From NCBI GenBank assembly GCA_965603825.1, contig CBFDEM010000015.1:248001-312000 (forward strand): 64,000 nt of DNA, in the 5' to 3' direction. The stretch comes from Blepharisma stoltei ATCC 30299. Its lineage: Eukaryota > Protista > Ciliophora. Shown piece by piece: positions 60,196-64,000 of this stretch. Under the pieces are notes generated by a model. That model was given only the letters and a program-made list of their open reading frames with translations. It made no database searches and was not told the DNA's origin. The translations under genes and the position numbers were made by a program. Each line of letters opens with the position of its first letter. Within the stretch, counting starts at the first letter, position 1.

Positions 60196-60906
60196 ATTTA
60201 AAGATTTCGGAAGCAAAATATTCATTATCAATGAATTATTGGAAATTTTCTATCTTAATAATTAATTTAATTATAATAATTTTTGTATGGAGATTGAGAA
60301 TTATAGCAAATGAGTTAAGCTTGAAAATAAGCCAAATAAAATCATTTGGGTTCATTAAATACTTGTAGTAATAACTGAAGTCTTCCAAGCTTAATTTTTC
60401 AAAGTACAATAGTGATAATATGCGAAAATTTTTAAGAAGATCATTTTTCAGGTTGATGCAAAAAGGAGAATTTTAATTAAACGAAGTTTTATAATACTGA
60501 TTTAATAATAAAACTCACTCGTAAGTAGCAATTTGTTAAAATATATCAAATATTGCCTTGAATGCATTCATTATCTGTATTAGAATAATAATTCAAAATG
60601 AGTAAATCTATTTAATAAAAGCAAAAAGTGTTCTCGATTTCTGTTGAAAAAAGTAATTTACTTATATATGTAAAATAATAAATAGATGAGTTGCACCAAA
60701 TTTAAAACAATTAAAGTCTAACAAGAAAAAAAAATCCACTTAAACAAAAATTATAATTTCTTATAAGAGGAGAATTTTGTAACTGTCATAAAAAATAAAT
60801 AATTTTCTAAATCTTTATTGCAATATCTTTAGCGTTTCACAATTTAATATCAATGAAAATTAGCTATCATTAATGGTAAAATCTTAAATTTCTGTTCTTA
60901 TAAATA

Positions 60907-62022
60907 ATGGAAAATAATCAACTTCTTGATGACAGATTCCAAGTCAGCCATGTCATCGGTTCTGGCTCCTTTGGAGAAGTTCGTTTAGGCACTGATACAA
61001 TAACTAATAAACAAGTTGCTATAAAAATTTCTAAAACAGAGACTCACAGTTCTCAAATTTTATCTGAGGCCAAAACTCTCTCCATTCTAAAAAACGGAAA
61101 AGGAATTCCTAAGCTTTTTTCTCAGGGCTCTGATGAGAAATCAAATTACATCGTGATTGAGCTTCTTGGCCCATCTCTTTATAATCATTTTTCTTCTTGC
61201 AGGAGACGATTTTCGTTGAAAACCATTTTAATCCTTGCATATCAGATGATACAAAGGATAGAGTTTGTCCATAATAAAAGTATTATCCATCGAGACATAA
61301 AGCCTGCAAATTTTCTTATGGGCCTAGGAGAAAACATAAATACGCTGTATTTGATTGATTATGGGCTATCAAAAAAGTATAGGGACCCAAAGTCAAAAAA
61401 GCATATCCCATATAAAGAAGGTAGAAGCTTAACAGGAACTGCACGTTTTGCTTCTATAAATACGCATATGGGAATCGAAATAAGTAGGCGGGACGATTTA
61501 GAGAGCATCGGGTATTTATTGAGCTATTTTATGATAGGAAAACTGCCTTGGCAAGAACTTGACGGGAAATCGAAAAAAGAAAAATATTTAAAAATCATGG
61601 AAAGGAAATTAACAACTTCTGTTGGAAATCTCTTTGCTGGATATCCTGAAGAATTTATAAGATTTATGATTTACTGCAAATCCCTGAACTTTGAAGAAGA
61701 CCCTGACTATACTTATATAAAAGGACTGATTCTGACTGTTGCATCAAGAGAAAGGATTAGTTTAAATGGAAATATCGAATGGATTGATCATCATGAACTT
61801 TCAGTTTCGGAAAGCGAAGGCAAACGTAAACGTAAAAAAACTAAAAAATTAGAAGAAAGCCCAATAACGCCTGACGTCTCTTATACCGAAAAAATTTTGT
61901 GCGATAGCACAAATGATGCAAAATCTGAACAATTAACCGAAATCTTAGAAATTTATCCGACATTTAAGAATCCTCAAATGGTGCTTCAACAGTTACTTAG
62001 GCTGAGAAAGTTGAGCTTGTAA
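60907..62022 (+). CDS. Casein kinase 1 family protein
   Basis: IGSGSFG, ELLGPSL, HRDIKPANF, IDYGLSKKY, LTGTARFASIN and SRRDDLES. Confidence 0.95.
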   Translation: MENNQLLDDRFQVSHVIGSGSFGEVRLGTDTITNKQVAIKISKTETHSSQILSEAKTLSILKNGKGIPKLFSQGSDEKSNYIVIELLGPSLYNHFSSCRRRFSLKTILILAYQMIQRIEFVHNKSIIHRDIKPANFLMGLGENINTLYLIDYGLSKKYRDPKSKKHIPYKEGRSLTGTARFASINTHMGIEISRRDDLESIGYLLSYFMIGKLPWQELDGKSKKEKYLKIMERKLTTSVGNLFAGYPEEFIRFMIYCKSLNFEEDPDYTYIKGLILTVASRERISLNGNIEWIDHHELSVSESEGKRKRKKTKKLEESPITPDVSYTEKILCDSTNDAKSEQLTEILEIYPTFKNPQMVLQQLLRLRKLSL

Positions 62023-62068
62023 TTATATATTTAACTGTGTATAATTGATAGATTCAGATAAATTGTTT

Positions 62069-62815
62069 TTAAAATGGACTTATTAACTCCTCATCTCCAG
62101 CTTCGTGCCATCTGCTATGATGTTGGGTATCATAAATATCCCATATATGTGAAGAAAACTCCTCTCCGTTGACTCTATCACTTAACAAAAATGACAGAAA
62201 CTTCCCTACTATTTCTGGACTTATGGTAGCAAGGCTACCTAGCCCTGGAGCTTTTTCTGAAGCCATGCGGTACATATTTGTCCTTGCCAAGCCAGGCTCA
62301 ACAAGTCCTACAGATGCTCCGTGGATTTCTTTTTTCATGATCTCAGCGATCATATTAAATGCAGCTTTGGAGATTGAGTAGAGAGGAGTTGGAATGGCAT
62401 AAAATCTTCCACAGCCAGTAGTGATAAATAATATTTTCGCATTTTCTTCAAATTGGTGCTGAAGACCACGAGTTATAAAGAATGCCCCTCTTGCATTTAC
62501 GTTCATGTTCCTATCAAAATCTTCTGGGGTGATATTTTCATCCCATTTAGGGCCAACATCAGCTGCACCATAGACGAGAAACTTAACTCTTTGAGTAACT
62601 GCCTGAAGGATTGTATTTACACCTTCTGTTGTAGAAGAATCTGCATCTATGCATTGAATATTTGATGAAATCGAGCTGAATTCTGATTGCTGAGAAGAAA
62701 TTGCGCGTGAGAAGGCAAAGACTTGATGCGATGGATAGGTTTTTGCAAGGAGGATGACTAAAGCTTTACCTATACCTTTGCTTGCACCAACAACTAGAAT
62801 CGCACTTGATGCCAT
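62069..62815 (-). CDS. Short-chain dehydrogenase/reductase
   Basis: VGASKGIG cofactor motif, YSISK catalytic YxxxK and EPGLART. Confidence 0.92.
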   Translation of the reverse strand: MASSAILVVGASKGIGKALVILLAKTYPSHQVFAFSRAISSQQSEFSSISSNIQCIDADSSTTEGVNTILQAVTQRVKFLVYGAADVGPKWDENITPEDFDRNMNVNARGAFFITRGLQHQFEENAKILFITTGCGRFYAIPTPLYSISKAAFNMIAEIMKKEIHGASVGLVEPGLARTNMYRMASEKAPGLGSLATISPEIVGKFLSFLLSDRVNGEEFSSHIWDIYDTQHHSRWHEAGDEELISPF

Positions 62816-63542
62816 AGATGTATTAAATTAATAAAGTTATTACACAACTTCCTGAAGAATGCATAAGTATGAATGAAAAAAACTGGATATCTTTTGATCA
62901 TTCGCATATATGATAATTAGGCCCAATTTAGATTCTTCATTATTGAGGCAAACTTGCAAATGGGAAAAATTTATACTCATGCTTATTATTTTTTAAAAAC
63001 TTAAGAATTAGATCTTTGTAGAGCCACTTGCCTATGAAAATTGATAATATTTTACTAGTAAAGTCCCGATCAAATGAGTCGAGCCGATGCATGAAGTCTA
63101 TCATAAAGTGTAGTTTACATTAAATAGAATTTGGATTTCTGAAGGACATGATATCTTTAAAACTTAATCTTTGCATCTTAAAAAACACTTCATCTTTCTT
63201 TTCCTTCCATATACGCCTAAAATATACACCTTATCGATATGATTACCTAAATATGAATATGCTCCCTTAATACATCTAAGCACTTCAAAGAGCAGGATAA
63301 CTATTAAGAAGGCTTTATAACTCAAAAATTATGCATCTTAATACCCTAGAGCTTTTATTATTATATACAATTTATCCATAATAAGTCCTATTTAGCTAAG
63401 AAACTACATTTTTAATTGTAGTTTTCTTTATTTTATAAATTACTTCTCTAATCTAAATTCTTTCTTCTCTGGCTTTTAGATGCTTTAAGCAATATTAATC
63501 GCCACATTACGCTTATTAAAACGTGTGGTAATAATAAATAAG

Positions 63543-64000
63543 ATGAAGAAAACAGAAATTGCGGTCTTTTTTCTCTTATTTGTTTGCTTTTCTTCAGCTT
63601 CTCCTATATTTTCCTTGCAAAAAAGCCATGACTTCCCACAGTTCCTACCTAAGAAATTGGCAGAAACAGCTGAATTCCAAGGAAAGTATAAGCCAATCCG
63701 CATCTACTCGGAAGTTAATTCAGGATCTCAAGATAATGATGCTTTGCTAGAGGACTTCGAGAGCTCAGCTAGTAGAGCATCTGAAATCTTATCACATTTC
63801 CTACTTGTTCATCCTTCTAGACAGCCGATCAAGCTTGGAGAAAATAATCATTGCAATTCCACCCATATCAGAAATCCCTCAAAATATAAAGGCATTGATG
63901 CAGATTTAGCCGTATTTTTTACAATGAACAACAACTTAGGCCAAAATTCATCAAGTTTTAGGATTTGCAAAGTGTCAGATGACAATAGGATGATAAGTAT
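63543..64000 (+). CDS. Leishmanolysin/GP63 (peptidase M8)-like secreted protein, 5' part only
   Basis: Open frame to the window end (not in the ORF track). Signal peptide, YKPIRIY, LSHFLLV, KGIDADLAVFF and ICKVSDDNR. The HExxH region lies outside the window. Confidence 0.65.
   Translation, partial: MKKTEIAVFFLLFVCFSSASPIFSLQKSHDFPQFLPKKLAETAEFQGKYKPIRIYSEVNSGSQDNDALLEDFESSASRASEILSHFLLVHPSRQPIKLGENNHCNSTHIRNPSKYKGIDADLAVFFTMNNNLGQNSSSFRICKVSDDNRMIS

Noticed and set aside
3489-63750. Numerous short antisense or alternate-frame ORFs in the track (e.g. 4783-5028, 11062-11373, 19262-19564, 30872-31321, 58345-58770, 63559-63750)
   Set aside because: They overlap well-supported genes and are typical shadow frames with no domain signal.
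1-64000. Reading the many broken ORFs as pseudogenes, or the window as bacterial or phage DNA
   Set aside because: Breaks are in-frame TGA at Trp sites or 15/16-nt GT-AG introns, and the products are eukaryotic (exportin-7, kinesin, eS10, Sey1).
1-64000. TGA as selenocysteine or cysteine
   Set aside because: TGA aligns with TGG/Trp in paralogues and in conserved Trp motifs, not with Cys.
1-64000. Telomeric repeats, TA-bounded IESs, transposases, tRNA/rRNA, CRISPR arrays
   Set aside because: None seen. Genes are uninterrupted apart from tiny introns, consistent with somatic DNA. IESs in intergenic regions cannot be excluded without germline data.

Overview
This is eukaryotic, AT-rich, gene-dense DNA, most likely the macronuclear genome of a heterotrich ciliate of the Blepharisma type. 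Two properties read directly from the sequence explain why the supplied ORF track is fragmented. First, TGA is read as Trp: in-frame TGAs sit at conserved Trp positions, alternate with TGG between paralogues, and every complete reconstructed gene ends in TAA or TAG. Second, genes carry tiny GT-AG introns (fifteen of 15 nt, one of 16 nt), all with A at position 10. Re-reading with these rules gives about 36 CDSs and one pseudogene. Recognisable products include an RCC1-like protein, glutaredoxin, TBC Rab-GAP, p24, exportin-7, HMG-box protein, YeeE/YedE, NRF-6-like acyltransferase, amino-acid permease, Sey1/RHD3, Sec14, C2H2 zinc finger, PARG, RPS10, kinesin, BET-like bromodomain protein, CK1, SDR and a leishmanolysin-like protein. 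The best leads are: four secretory-pathway paralogues carrying the motif series of yeast GT91 beta-1,2-mannosyltransferases; a ~1560-aa polycystin with two fused 6-TM channel modules; a tandem pair of CDPK-like pseudokinases; a SAM-FHA-FHA-RING ligase; and a pair of homologous ~60-aa microproteins. No rRNA, tRNA, CRISPR array, telomere or intact mobile element was seen. All family assignments come from motif recognition by eye; no database search was run.
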